Numbered from the stretch's first letter, positions 10,680 through 22,338 are shown. The stretch is DNA of 64,000 nucleotides from Neovahlkampfia damariscottae (GCA_016618085.1 JABLTG010000025.1:1-64000), one strand, 5' to 3'. Numbers and translations: made by a program. The notes: generated by a model not told the origin, from the letters alone.

Positions 10680-10967
10680 TTAATTTGGTCCAATTTTATT
10701 GATTCTATTTATTTTATCTGGTGAGTAATAATCTTTTTCTGCAATCACATTGTGTTCTCCGATAATTTTGTCATTATTATCTCTTATCAATCTTTGATAT
10801 TTACCTAATCGTATATCAAATAACGACGGTGGTTCAAAATATAATTCTTTTAAATACTTTATTTCTTTTTTTAATTCAATAATTGTTTCTTCTTGCTCTT
10901 TAAAAATTCTATCTACATTAGGTTCTAAATATCCAGATTTTTCTTTAAAATATTTATTGTAATTCAT
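10680..10967 (-). CDS. Small viral hypothetical protein
   Basis: ATG ORF preceded by the duplicated viral upstream motif. Confidence 0.6.
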   Translation of the reverse strand: MNYNKYFKEKSGYLEPNVDRIFKEQEETIIELKKEIKYLKELYFEPPSLFDIRLGKYQRLIRDNNDKIIGEHNVIAEKDYYSPDKINRINKIGPN

Positions 10968-10973
10968 TGTATA

Positions 10974-11024
10974 TTATTACTATATATTTTAATTTTTAAG
11001 TATTCTATATATTTAAAAATTTAA
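10974..11024 (-). promoter_or_regulatory. Putative viral promoter, copy 1
   Basis: ~50-bp block near-identical to 11324-11371; directly upstream of ATG 10967; contains TACTTAAAA...ATATATAGTAAT on - strand. Confidence 0.6.
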
Positions 11025-11090
11025 TTACCTAATATTAATATTATGTATTCACAAAGTGACGAATATGGGAATTATTGTATTTATTCATTT

Positions 11091-11318
11091 TTACAATTTT
11101 TTTGCAACATTAATTATTTTCATATCTTCAACTAAATTGTTTAAATATCTATTTCTGACCTTCAAATATTCTGATTTTTTTATCTCTCTTTTTAAATTAT
11201 AATTTTCTTTTTTCAAATCAACATATTTTTTGTGAATTTCTTTGTATTTTGTCAGTAATTTTTCGTATGATTCTTTTTCTTTTTCATTATCATTACAAAT
11301 AAAATCAAATTCTTCCAT
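11091..11318 (-). CDS. Small coiled-coil viral protein
   Basis: ATG ORF preceded by the duplicated motif. Confidence 0.6.
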   Translation of the reverse strand: MEEFDFICNDNEKEKESYEKLLTKYKEIHKKYVDLKKENYNLKREIKKSEYLKVRNRYLNNLVEDMKIINVAKKL

Positions 11319-11323
11319 TATAA

Positions 11324-11371
11324 TATTACTATATATTTTAATTTTAAGTATTCTATATATTTAAAATTTAA
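11324..11371 (-). promoter_or_regulatory. Putative viral promoter, copy 2
   Basis: Direct repeat of 10974-11024, directly upstream of ATG 11318. Confidence 0.6.
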
Positions 11372-11595
11372 TTCAACATTTTTTGATGCTTCTTTGTTCT
11401 CAAATGAAGATATTTTCCCGAAGTTGTGTATTTACCCCCGCAAATTTCACAAACATGCTTTTCTCTTGCTTTCTCATTCAGTTTTTCTTTATTTACCTGT
11501 TTGTAATTTTTCATGTATTCTTGTATGTTTTCTGTTTTTTTTTTCGGAATTTCAATTGGTTCGCTTTTTGGTATGTCTTCAATGTTATTTTCCAT
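11368..11595 (-). CDS. Small C2H2-type zinc-finger viral protein
   Basis: CEICGGKYTTSGKYLHLRTKKH. Confidence 0.75.
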   Translation of the reverse strand: MENNIEDIPKSEPIEIPKKKTENIQEYMKNYKQVNKEKLNEKAREKHVCEICGGKYTTSGKYLHLRTKKHQKMLN

Positions 11596-11876
11596 TCTAT
11601 ATAGTAATAATATAATTTAAATATTTATTGGAATCTGTTTGCTTCAAGTTCGGAATTTTTGGTTCTAAAATTAGCTGTTGAATCATTTTTCTCCAATAAA
11701 AAATTGTTATTCTGAGAATTGCAAACGCAGCGAACATTTCAATGACAGACCATAACAGCGAATCGCAAATTAATGTTGTCTTGACACCCATTGTCAATTC
11801 ATATTGGATGCTTATTGTTCGGGCTATTTCACTGGCATATCTGATCTGCTCAAATTTTGAAACATCAACAAAAATC

Positions 11877-12495
11877 ATGATAGCTCAAGAGATCCTTTAT
11901 TTTGATCTTGTTCATAAAGTTGGTGGTAAAAAAGAAAAATAAGTTCCCAATTCTTCTAAATATTGTTAACTTGTTACCACCAATAGCTTTCTTGCCCAAT
12001 TTTAAAAATATACTTTTTCAAGGAAACCAACAAGACTTACAGTATCATGTTCAACCAGACTCAGAGCTAAATAAATTGGATTTTTTGAACAAAAAAAGCT
12101 CGACAAAATTCAAAAAAGAAAATTATAAAGATGTTGATATTTCTTCATGTTATGTAGTTGGCAACAAAATCGAAAATGTTATTTTGGGAACCTATAGTCG
12201 TTTTTCAGAAAAAACAATAATAGAAGAATGTGAACGTCTTACAAAGGAAGAAGGATACGAATATAATTTACTCTGCAAAAACTGCTTTAGTAGAATTGAA
12301 TCAGCAATTGGTGTTGTTATACCAGTGCACTTTTTTCAAAATTTTACTATTATACTCTCATTAATTTTCTGTTGTTTATTCTCAGACACATTATTAGCTT
12401 TTTTCTTTTGCTGTATGATGATTTTATTTAGAAAACAACCGTTTTTATTACCAAACGTTGCTGGTTATTATAGTGATTTAAATAAAAATTTGTAA
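11877..12495 (+). CDS. LRAT/PPPDE-like permuted NlpC/P60 protein with hydrophobic C-terminus; start uncertain
   Basis: QYHVQ ... YEYNLLCKNC followed by hydrophobic segments; ATG 11877 needs a frame correction in the A-run near 11935. Confidence 0.5.
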
Positions 12496-12638
12496 TTTTT
12501 GTAATTTAATACTTTTTGAATTACAATACTGAACGAGTGACAAAAACTTTATTCAAGAAACTAACAACTAATTTCAATAAAAATTTAATTGGTCGTTTTG
12601 TAGCAATCGTCCCATCAGTAGTTGTTGGTGACATTCAG

Positions 12639-12939
12639 TTACCAGTTTTTATTGTCCGGTCATCTGGTAGGTTGGTCATCCCTTAAAATCCTTTCCTGTA
12701 AAATTGACCATTTTTCAAAAGTTTCAGATTTTCCTAAAACCACCTTACCATTTTACCACGAATTTTATTTTACCAGTTTTTATTTTCCGGTTATGTGGTC
12801 GGGTGGTCGGGCCTCTAAATCCTTCCCTGTAAAATTGAACCATTTTTCAAAATTTTATAAAATTCCAAAAACCACCTTACCATTTTACCACTTCCTTATC
12901 TTATTCCTTTTTGTTATAAATTAAATGGTAAAATGGTAA
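12639..12939. repeat. Subterminal tandem repeat (2 x ~121 bp, period 131) plus 14-bp inverted repeat
   Basis: Copies at 12639-12759 and 12770-12891; TTACCATTTTACCA (12877-12890) is inverted at 12926-12939. Confidence 0.9.
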
Positions 12940-13089
12940 TTGTAAATTAAAGTAATAAATTAAATGTTTCAATTAGATTGGAGTTATTAAATTGCTCAAG
13001 GCGAAGCTGGAAGAGAAACCGTTAGGTTTTGAATTTCCGTCTTTTCGTAAATAAAATTTATTTTATTACTACGAGTCCTGCCACACACT

Positions 13090-13521
13090 ATTAAGCTCAA
13101 GATTTGATAATTTATGCATCAATTCATGACCAACTAATCATTTTAAAAAAAAATTTTGAAAAACCTGCAAATCCAACAGCTCCTAGAATACAAGAATTTG
13201 ATAACATCAATCCAAATAATTCAATCCAACTTGGATCTTTGAAATAGATCCAACAAAAGTGTCCAAGAAAATAAACTAGGTGAATAATAAAGTAAAAAAT
13301 CAAAAGGTTCTTGAATTTGGGTTTTTTCGAAGTTCTTTTGAATCTTTTTCTGATGGATTCCATTTGTTGTTCCCGAATAAATAATCTGTTATTGGTAAAC
13401 CACAAAAAGTGTAAAAAAAAGATAATGAAGTCCAAAATCCACCAAGATAGAGGCCAATTAGACCTAGAATCATTTCAGAAAATATACCAAAAGCAAAAGG
13501 AACGATGCTTAGTTCTGTCAT
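13090..13521 (-). pseudogene. alkB: Alkane 1-monooxygenase (AlkB-type membrane di-iron hydroxylase), 5' part, interrupted by viral element
   Basis: TM segments with LPITDYLFGNNKWNP; splicing a 31-nt intron (13134-13164) gives FAVGHELMHKLSNLELN (His box 1), then the frame enters the element terminus and stops; 1-nt frame break near 13318. Confidence 0.75.
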
Positions 13522-13779
13522 TGTGGCAAACAATCAGAAAAGCAATGTGACCAATCAAAATCATTTTCTATTTTTGAGTTTGAGGGTATTCCAGAAAATG
13601 CAGAAAACTCAATACTATTGACAATTGTGTCATATTCAATCAGCTTTGCCTCAAAGTGGTGATGTTTCTTAGGTGACCAATGAAAATGTTGCAACAGCTT
13701 GACTTTTGATTGGTCAAATAAACGATAAATACAAGTGAATGGACAATAAATAATTTTCATAGAAAAAAACAAAGTACAC

Positions 13780-15040
13780 ATGAAGTCTTCACTACTCAGC
13801 CTCAGAAACTTTTCAAAGACATTCACTCAAAGTGCACAAATATTTCCAAACGTTTCCATTCCAGAAGCCATCAAGACTTTATCACCTTTACCAACAGTAC
13901 CTCTAAGTCTGAAAGATTTGCTGACTTTTGGTACGAATCCAACTCACAACACTCTGTATTCCGCATCTCAGTATTTAGAAAGAGAAATGCCAATCAGAAT
14001 TGCAAGACAGATTTGCTTGATTGATAAATTACCGTAAGACATGTTTTTTCTCCTAAATTCTCCGATAAGTTATGGTTTGTGTTTAATGCCTTCTGTACAA
14101 AAAATAAGACAATGGTATGTGGATAGCTTTGCTGAACTTTATGGATTTCAACTCAAATCAAAAGATGACAGTTTGAAATTTACAACTGCTGCCAAAAAAG
14201 TATTACAAAGACATCAAAATACCATGCAAATGATGGGTAAAGGTGTATATGAATTGAAACAACAACTTAAGCATTCAGTATTTGCAGGAATTGATGATTT
14301 ATCTGATTTCGTTGAACTTCATGAATCTCTGAGTAAGTTTTTTTTTATTTAAAAATTAGATGAATTTTATCTTCGTAGAATTGGATTAACAGTGCTATTA
14401 GAACAACATGTTTCACTTACAAATCAAGTAGTTCAGGAAGATAAGGAGTTTGTTGGTATAATTTGTCGTGAAACAAATGCTAATGCAATTATTCAAGACG
14501 CAATTGCTACTTCATCATTTTTATGTGATAGAGTTCATGGTGTTGCTCCAGAAGTTACAATTCATGGAAAAACTCAAAACACTTTTCCTTATGTTCCGAG
14601 TCATTTGTATTACATGTTACTTGAGTTATTGAAAAATTCAATGAGAGCAACGGTTGAATTTCATGGTGCTGATAATCCATTACCAAAGATAAAAGTTGTT
14701 ATCGCAGATAGTTCCGAAAATGAAGGTAAGAAAAAGAAAAATATTTTAATTTTTACAAGATGTTTGTATAAAAGTTGTTGACGAAGGTGGAGGTATTCCT
14801 CGTTCATCTATGAAAAAAATTTGGTCATATATGTATAGTACTGCTAATTTTGACTACGACAAGATTGATGAAATTGAAGATTCACCAGTTCTAGCTGGTA
14901 TGGGTTATGGATTACCTGTTTCAAAATGTTATGCACAATATTTTGGAGGTGATTTACAATTGATGTCCATGGAAGGTTATGGTACTGATGCTTATTTATA
15001 TTTGAATCGTCTTGGTGAAAACGAAGAACCTTTGGATTAA
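13780..15040 (+). CDS. PDK: Mitochondrial pyruvate dehydrogenase / BCKD kinase (multi-exon)
   Basis: EMPIRIA, LLELLKNSMRATVE, DEGGGIPR, AGMGYGLP, YFGGDL, MEGYGTDAYLYL; transit-peptide-like N-terminus. Confidence 0.93.
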
Positions 15041-15195
15041 TTTTTAAAGGAGAAAAAAAAAAATAAAAATTTGTAAAATTCTAATTTATTGTCATAACTT
15101 TGTAAAAAAAAAATTCCTCTAAACGAAAAACTTTCATGCCAGATGATTGGTCATTTTTTTTCAGTTTTTTACTGTGCTCAAAAAAGCACAAAGTT

Positions 15196-18100
15196 ATGAC
15201 AAAAGAGAAGAGTTCAAAAAAAAGGAAAACCTTGGATGAAGAGGATATTCAAGAATCTAAAAAACAAAAAACAAATGGAACTCATGAAAACGGAAACTCA
15301 CAAAATGGACACTCAGAAATTTTAAATGGAAAAACCGTTGAAAAATTAGGACTTCCAAAATATCAAGATGGATCAATTGTAAAAATGACAGTGCATAATT
15401 TCATGACCTACGATGACTGTTGCTTTGAACCAGGTCCTGGTTTGAATCTCGTTCTCGGTCCAAATGGAACAGGCAAATCTTCTATTGTGTCTGCAATTTG
15501 TAAGTTTAAAATTAAAACTAAATAATTATAGGTGTTGGACTTGCTGGAAACCCAAAAGTATTCTTTTTCTTTTTAAATTTATTCAAAACAGTTACTTGGT
15601 CGCGCATCAAAAGTAAAAGATTATATAAAACATGGAAAAGATTCTGCTTTTGTTGAAGTTGAACTTTATCAAGAAAAAAAAAAAAACGCTGTACTTAGAA
15701 GAAGTTGGAAAAAAAATTCGGCAGGAACTGAATGGAAACTTAATGGAAAAACTGTAAAACAAGAATTTGTAGAAAATTTCATAAAAAAACAAAATATCAA
15801 ACTTGATAACTTGACACAGTTTTTACCTCAAGATAAGGTCTGTGAGTTTGCTGGTCTTGGTCCTGTAGATTTACTTGAAGCAACAGAAGGAGCTGTTTTA
15901 CCACCAGAAATTGTAGCTCACCATAAAGATTTAACAAACTTAAAAAATGAATTAAACGTAAAGGAACAGTTCATTCAAGACTGTGAAAATCATTTAACAA
16001 CCTTAAAAAAAAAGAATGAAATGCTTGAAAGAGATGTTGAAAGATTTAAACAAAGAGAGAATCATTTATTAAGAGTAGAACAACTTGAATTAAAAGTACC
16101 TTATGTTCAATTCACAGATAAACAAAAAGAAGCTAAAGAAATTAAAACTGAAAAAGAAAATGCTGAAGTTAAATTAGAAACTTATAGAAGTCAATTAAAA
16201 CCACTTTTAGATCAAATACAAGCAAAGAAATCAGAAGTTTCTGCTTTAGAACAAAAAAGAACCAATGCAAAAAAAGAAACTAAAAACTCAAATAACTTTG
16301 ATTCGCTTGTATCAAAATTAGAAAATTTAGATCAAAAAATAGATGCTGAAAAACAAAATCTTGCTGCTATACATGATCGACAAAAACAAAAGGAATATAG
16401 AAAAAGACAACTTAAAGATAAAATTAGTCATACAAAGTCTGAATTTGATGAATTACCTGAAAAAGCGGAAATTGATTCAAAAGTTATTTCAATAAATAGA
16501 GAAATGACGGACATTGATAAACAAATACATGAATCAGGAAATCAAATTTATGAAGTTAATCAAAAAATGGAAACAGTTGATCAAGAGAAAAAAACAATTC
16601 AAGGGAAAATCAAAACTTTGGATAATATAAAATATCAAAGATTAGAAGATTTGAAAGATTTTAATTATGCTGCTTATGAATCTTATAGATTTTATGAAAA
16701 GAAAAAAGAAGAATTCAGAGGAAAAGTTTTATTAGTTCCTTTGGAAATATCAATTCCAAATAGAATGCATGCAAAATATTTAGAATTACAATGTCCAAAT
16801 AATTTACTTTCAGCTTTTATTTGCACTGATAAAAATGATAGAGAAATTTTAATCAAAGAAATAACAGACAGAAGAAAACTTAATATCACAGTTATTGTCG
16901 TAGAAGATGAATCTTTTAAGCCAAAACGTCCTTGTAGTTTAAAAGATTTAGAAAAATATGGAATAACTCATTTCCTTGATGAAACTTTTGAAGCACCTGA
17001 TATCGTTAAAAATGTGATGGATGATCTTGCTTATATTTCAGGTGCAGCTGTTGGTTCAGATCAAACTATTTCATGTGTTAAAAATTTATTGGAAGAAACA
17101 AATATTAGTACTGTCTTTACACCACAATCTCAATATGTTTCAATTAGATCAAAATATGGTAATAAAGAAAGATCAACAAGAGTTTCAAGAGTGAATGAAT
17201 CAAGAATTTTAACTGGAGTTGATTTAAAACAAAAAGAAGAGCTTAAACAACAATTACATAGAGTATCAGAAAAATGGAAAAATTTACAAAATACAAGAGA
17301 AGAAATGCAAAAACATGAACAAAAATTAGTTACTAAACGTGAGAATCTATCAGGAGAACAAAGAGTTTTAAGAAGACAATTAAGGTCAATTGAAGAATCA
17401 AAAAAGAAAATTGAGATTTATGAAGAACAATTAAATGATTTAGATGAAGATGAAGATGTTGAAACAAAACAAAAACATATTTTTAAAGCTATTCGTCAAT
17501 TTAACACAAAAAGAGTTGAACTTGTAAAAAAATTTTCAGAGTCAATGAAAAAATATCATCAAGCAGTCTTAAAAGAATCAACATTTCCATTTGAAACAGC
17601 AAAATTAAATGAAGAACTCAAAAATTTAATGGATAATTCAAAAGAAACTGAAGAAATGCATCAACAATTAAAAAAAGTTGTTGATGATCTTCAAACTCTT
17701 TTGGATGAAAAAAAAACACAATTAGCTAATGTTAAAAAGAATACAATTGCAGCAAAAGAAAGATACATGGAGAAATATGAAAAAACTGAAGAGGAAGTAA
17801 ATATGTTGCTGTTAAGTCTTCCTGAAGATTTAAAAAAATTACAACAAGATATTGATGTTGAAAGAAGTTCAGCAGAAGCAATTTATCATGATCCAACAGT
17901 TATACAACAATATGAAGCACGTAAAATAGAAATTGCTCAAAAAGAAACACAATTACAAGGTCATCATAATAAATTATCAGAAATGTCAAAAAAAATAGAT
18001 CTTGTAAAAGAGTTATGGTTACCTGAACTTCAAAAATGTGTTTTAAAAATAAATGAAACATTCACTCAGTATTGTAAAAATATTGGAATTGTTGGTGAAG

Positions 18101-18501
18101 TTCATTTAATTCCAAATGATGATTTTGCAAAATATGAAATTCAAATTAAAGTAAAATTCAGAGATTCGGAATCATTATCAACACTTTCAACATTTAGACA
18201 ATCTGGTGGAGAAAGAAGTGTAACAACAATTTTATATCTTTTAGCATTACAAGGATTGAATAAATGCCCATTGAGAGTTGTCGATGAAATTAATCAAGGA
18301 ATGGATCCTGTTAATGAAAGAAAAATCTTTTTACAAATGTTGGAAAGTTCAAGAGGAGAAAATGTACCACAAGCATTTTTAATCACACCAAAATTATTAC
18401 CAGATTTAGTACCTGAAAATACTGATAATATTACTGTACTTTTTATCTTTAATGGACCTTATAACATCACACAAGAAAAACTTTTGAAAGATTTGAAATA
18501 A
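15196..18501 (+). CDS. SMC5: Structural maintenance of chromosomes protein 5
   Basis: NFMTYD, GPNGTGKSSIV, NLTQFLPQDKV, long coiled coils, QSGGERSV, VVDEINQGMDPVNER, ITPKLL. Confidence 0.96.
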
Positions 18502-18506
18502 ATGAT

Positions 18507-20030
18507 TTATCTTTGATCCAAATAATTTTTAAAACTACATAATACAGGACGATGATCAGAACAATTTTCATCCATGTGAATTTTATAATTATCAATTACT
18601 TCAAATTTCTTTTTTGATTTGATAAATATTCGATCACAATATGCAGGTACTCTTTGTTTTTTACCTGTATCATAATCATTTGTCCATTTATCAAATTTAT
18701 AAGTTGGCATAAATTTAATATCATCTTCAAAAAAATCATTGAAAACATTTTTCTTTTTCTTTTCAATATTCAATTGATCATTCAATAATAATGTATCAAT
18801 TTCACCAATTGAAATTAAATTTAAAGCATCTTGTCTTGATAAATTAAGTCTATAATTAAAATCTCCATAAAAATAACAAAAATCATGATCAACAGGATTT
18901 AATTTTTCATTTTGAAAAAACTTTTTTTCTTTCATAATTTGATTAAAATTTTCATTTCTTTCTTCAATTTTTGATTTTCCAGATTCAAAATGAGTATTTA
19001 TAAAACAAAAAGAATTTCCATATAAATCAAATCTATAAGAAATACATCCCTTATTACCTAAACCAACTTTTCCAAAACCAAGTTGTGTCCATTCAAAATT
19101 TGATAAACCATTAAAATGTTCATTTTTTACATACATTATATGATACATTCCAACTAATTGTTGAGAAATTATTTTTTTGAATTTATTAGGAGAAAAATGA
19201 TTAGAAAAATGATCATCCCAAGTTTTCATTGCTTTTGATTGACTTTTTACAATTGAATATAAACTCATATCAACTTCTTGAAATCCAATAACATAAATAT
19301 CTCCTTCTCTTTCTTTGATTGAATTTTTTAGAATCCAAGGAGCAATTGAAACAGAATATCCTTCTCCAACATTCCAAGTACAAATTACAACTTTTAAATT
19401 TTTACCTATATCTTTTGAATTCATATTTGAAAATGGATTTGTATTCAACTTTATAGTACCATTTTTCTTTGACACAATTTCATATATTTTTTTTGATTTT
19501 TTTTCTTCTTCTTCTTGTTTGATGAAGAAATCATCATTGATTATAATTTGATCTTCATTTGATGCTGTTCCATTTCCAGATGCATTTTTTCTTGGTGATT
19601 TATAAACAATAACTTCTGAATCATTGGATTGAAAAGATAGGTATTTTTTTGAAAAATTTTTGAAAGAAGTTGATTTTGTTAATGTTGAAAAAGATCTTGA
19701 AGCAAAATTTTTTTTCTTCTTCTCTTCATCAGTCCAATCAGATGATGAAGATACAGAAGATGAAACTGAATTTTCTTTGAGGTAATTTTGTTCTGCTAAA
19801 TTACGTAATTGTTGTAATGTTAATGGTTTCTTTTTTTCTTCTTCTTTTTCTTCTTCTTCTTCTATTGGTTTGAATTTTTGTAAAAGTGATAAATAATAAT
19901 TGATTGTTTTTTTATTATTTTCAATTTTATTTTTATTCATTATTTCATCAGTTTGAAGGTATTCTTGATAATAATCAAGTTCAACTAATCTTTCAATTAA
20001 GTCATCTTCTGATAAATAAGAGTTTGTCAT
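18507..20030 (-). CDS. Inositol polyphosphate 5-phosphatase
   Basis: TWNVG, IGFQE, GNKG, GDFNYRL, PTYKFD, PAYCDRI, SDHRPV. Confidence 0.93.
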   Translation of the reverse strand: MTNSYLSEDDLIERLVELDYYQEYLQTDEIMNKNKIENNKKTINYYLSLLQKFKPIEEEEEKEEEKKKPLTLQQLRNLAEQNYLKENSVSSSVSSSSDWTDEEKKKKNFASRSFSTLTKSTSFKNFSKKYLSFQSNDSEVIVYKSPRKNASGNGTASNEDQIIINDDFFIKQEEEEKKSKKIYEIVSKKNGTIKLNTNPFSNMNSKDIGKNLKVVICTWNVGEGYSVSIAPWILKNSIKEREGDIYVIGFQEVDMSLYSIVKSQSKAMKTWDDHFSNHFSPNKFKKIISQQLVGMYHIMYVKNEHFNGLSNFEWTQLGFGKVGLGNKGCISYRFDLYGNSFCFINTHFESGKSKIEERNENFNQIMKEKKFFQNEKLNPVDHDFCYFYGDFNYRLNLSRQDALNLISIGEIDTLLLNDQLNIEKKKKNVFNDFFEDDIKFMPTYKFDKWTNDYDTGKKQRVPAYCDRIFIKSKKKFEVIDNYKIHMDENCSDHRPVLCSFKNYLDQR

Positions 20031-20094
20031 GACTGTCGTTTAACAGCAAGTTGTAAAGATATTTTGATTTTTGACCAATAAAATTTTATTAATT

Positions 20095-21187
20095 TTATTT
20101 TGAATAAAAATCTTTCAGGTTATTACAATCTTTTAAATTGTTTTTAATGGATGGAAAATTCATTTGTTCAAGAAAATTGTTCAATTTTTCATTTTCAAAA
20201 TTTTTCATTTCCAAAGAAGTAATTTCAATTGAATCATCATAACGAAACTCAAGTAATTTACGAGATAATCGAATATTATCCATAGATGCTTCGATTCTTT
20301 CAAAATAATTAAATTATAGTTGTTTTTTTTTATTACTTTTGTCGCAAAGTTCCTTTGCTGAATTTTATGACATTTTCAAGGGTTTCATGTTCATTTAGCA
20401 ATCTGGCTGCATTTTTTATACCAATTCCAGCGCAACCAGGAACTTATTTTTAATTGGAGAAAATGAATTTTACTGTTATCTGCTTTGTCCCCAACTAAAC
20501 ATTGGAAATCCAAAAATTGTTTTGAAGTTATTCCAAATTTTGTTTTAATATCCATTTCATCTTGACGAATAAAATTCAATTAAATAAATTCCAGCTTACT
20601 GATGAAAATCCGTTTCATTGGATCATAAATTGTTACATTTTCATCCAGTAATTGATAAAGATCTTTGTCTGATGAAACAATAATGACGTGATTCTCTTGA
20701 TTTAAACTTAAAACTTTTGAGTAATTAGCAATTAAATCATCAGCTTCAAAATAATCTTTTTGGATTTTCGACAAACCTAATAACTAAGTACCAGTAAAAT
20801 TTTTCGATTTTTTTGTTACTTCAGTCATTTCATGAACCAAAGGAAATTGATTCAATAAATTCTTTGAAATATAAATAATTATTTTTGAAAATTACAGTCT
20901 CTGTTTTTTTTCTATTCGTTTTGTAAGAAGAATAAATTTCGTGTCTGAAATTTGTTTTTGAATCAAAAAATAAACCATAATGATCTCCTTTGAATTGTTT
21001 AATGATTGAAAATAAAATTCTTGTATAATTATAAACAGCATTTACCGGTACATTTGATAAATTTTTCATGTCTTTTAAATTATTCAAATTTGAAAAATAA
21101 CCACGATAGCTTTGAAGCGTAAATAAAACATAATTCATACATTATCGGTTGTCCATCAATCAAAATTAAAGTTTTTAATTTATTCAT
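20095..21187 (-). CDS. 5'-3' exonuclease (Pol I N-terminal / FEN-like), multi-exon
   Basis: LILIDG, FRHEIYSSYKTNR, FEADDLI, IVSSDKDLYQL, LVGDKADN.PGCAGIG.K.A. Confidence 0.9.
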
Positions 21188-21264
21188 CCACTTCACACTT
21201 TTGTTTTGTGAAAAAAAATGAAGAAATCTGATTGGATTATGAAATAAATTTTATTTGATTATTT

Positions 21265-22338
21265 TTAAGGCTTAAAGATAAAATCTAAAATGGATGATAA
21301 ATAACCTGCTTTTTGTGGTTCTTTTGTTATTTTTTTTTCTGATTTTATTTCGGAATATTTTCTTTTTTTAATAGGTGTTTCTCCTTCATCAAAAATTGAA
21401 TTTTCATCTAAGGTATTTTCAATAACAAAACCATTATATTTTTCATTTATAATATCTTTATCAATACATTCAACAACACCAATCATTAATGAATTAAAAA
21501 TCTTTCCATTTTTACTGAGTGCTTTTTGAGCTTGAATATTTTTTTTGTATCTATTTGAAAATTAGTTTTAATTGTTTTTTTATATCTCAAACTTGATGTG
21601 CATCCAATTTCCATTTCCAACTTTGTGCTCTAAAATTTCACCATATAAACCAAATTGTTTCAACACAAAACCAGTTTGTTTTGGTGTAAATCCAAAAACT
21701 GTTATCCAATTCTGTTCCAACTCTTGAGTATTTTGAATATTTCCTCTTTCAATTGTTTTTAATTTTTTAATAAAACAACTTACCCAGTTTCATAAAAAGG
21801 ATCCATTTGAGCTGGTGATTTTATATTTGTATTTGGTGTTATCATAGGGAAATCATCTTGATGTGGTGTATATAAATTGAAATCTGTGCCAATTTGAACA
21901 TTACTTATTCCAAGATTTGGTGTGGAAAAATCTAATTTTTTTTCAATGGTCGGATTCTGTTCAATTTTTTAATTGAGTTCAATAATTTACTTCTGGTTGA
22001 TAAAATGAAGTTCCAATAACATCATTTGAATCCAAAATCGACTGATTTGGTGGTAAACCATCGTCAACATCATAATTTGTTTTTTTAGTTTCTGAAAAGG
22101 TAAAACGACTTATATCATGATCTTTTTTATCATCTCTTTCAAATAATAGTTAATTTAATTTTTTTCTATACTTTTTCAAAAAGTTACTTTCAAAGATGGA
22201 AGAATCTGACTGAGGTTGAATTTCAAGGTTTGAAGTGTAATAATCGTTATAATCTACATTTTAAAATTAATGAATTTCTTTACTTCTTTTGAAAGAGAAA
22301 TTGTCCTCTTCTCTACCACGTGAACTATAAAATGACAT
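21265..22338 (-). CDS. NUP35: Nucleoporin Nup35/Nup53 (MPPN RRM domain), multi-exon
   Basis: Hand-translated exons WITVFGFTP...VLKQFGLYGEI...GNWMHIKF...QAQKALSKNG...MIGVVEC. Confidence 0.85.

Larger units (their letters stand above)
1..13089. mobile_element. Endogenous Polinton-like virus / virophage-like element, right part (left end outside window)
   Basis: Intron-less gene block with rve integrase, D5-like SF3 helicase, GIY-YIG fragment, small zinc-finger ORFs and a shared AT-rich upstream motif. The right end reads CCACACACT (AG...CT Polinton-type terminus) at the point where a host gene is truncated. No capsid, packaging ATPase or pPolB recognised in the window. Confidence 0.8.

Noticed and set aside
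11597..11878. 93-aa minus-strand ORF
   Set aside because: No recognisable motif, lacks the viral upstream signal and overlaps the start of the opposite-strand gene; not supportable.
5340..13330. Programmed ribosomal frameshifting in the helicase-OTU gene, large viral ORF and alkB
   Set aside because: The breaks near 5354, 6850, 7825 and 13318 are each a one-base deficit in a short homopolymer, more simply explained by long-read error or decay; short-read polishing would decide.
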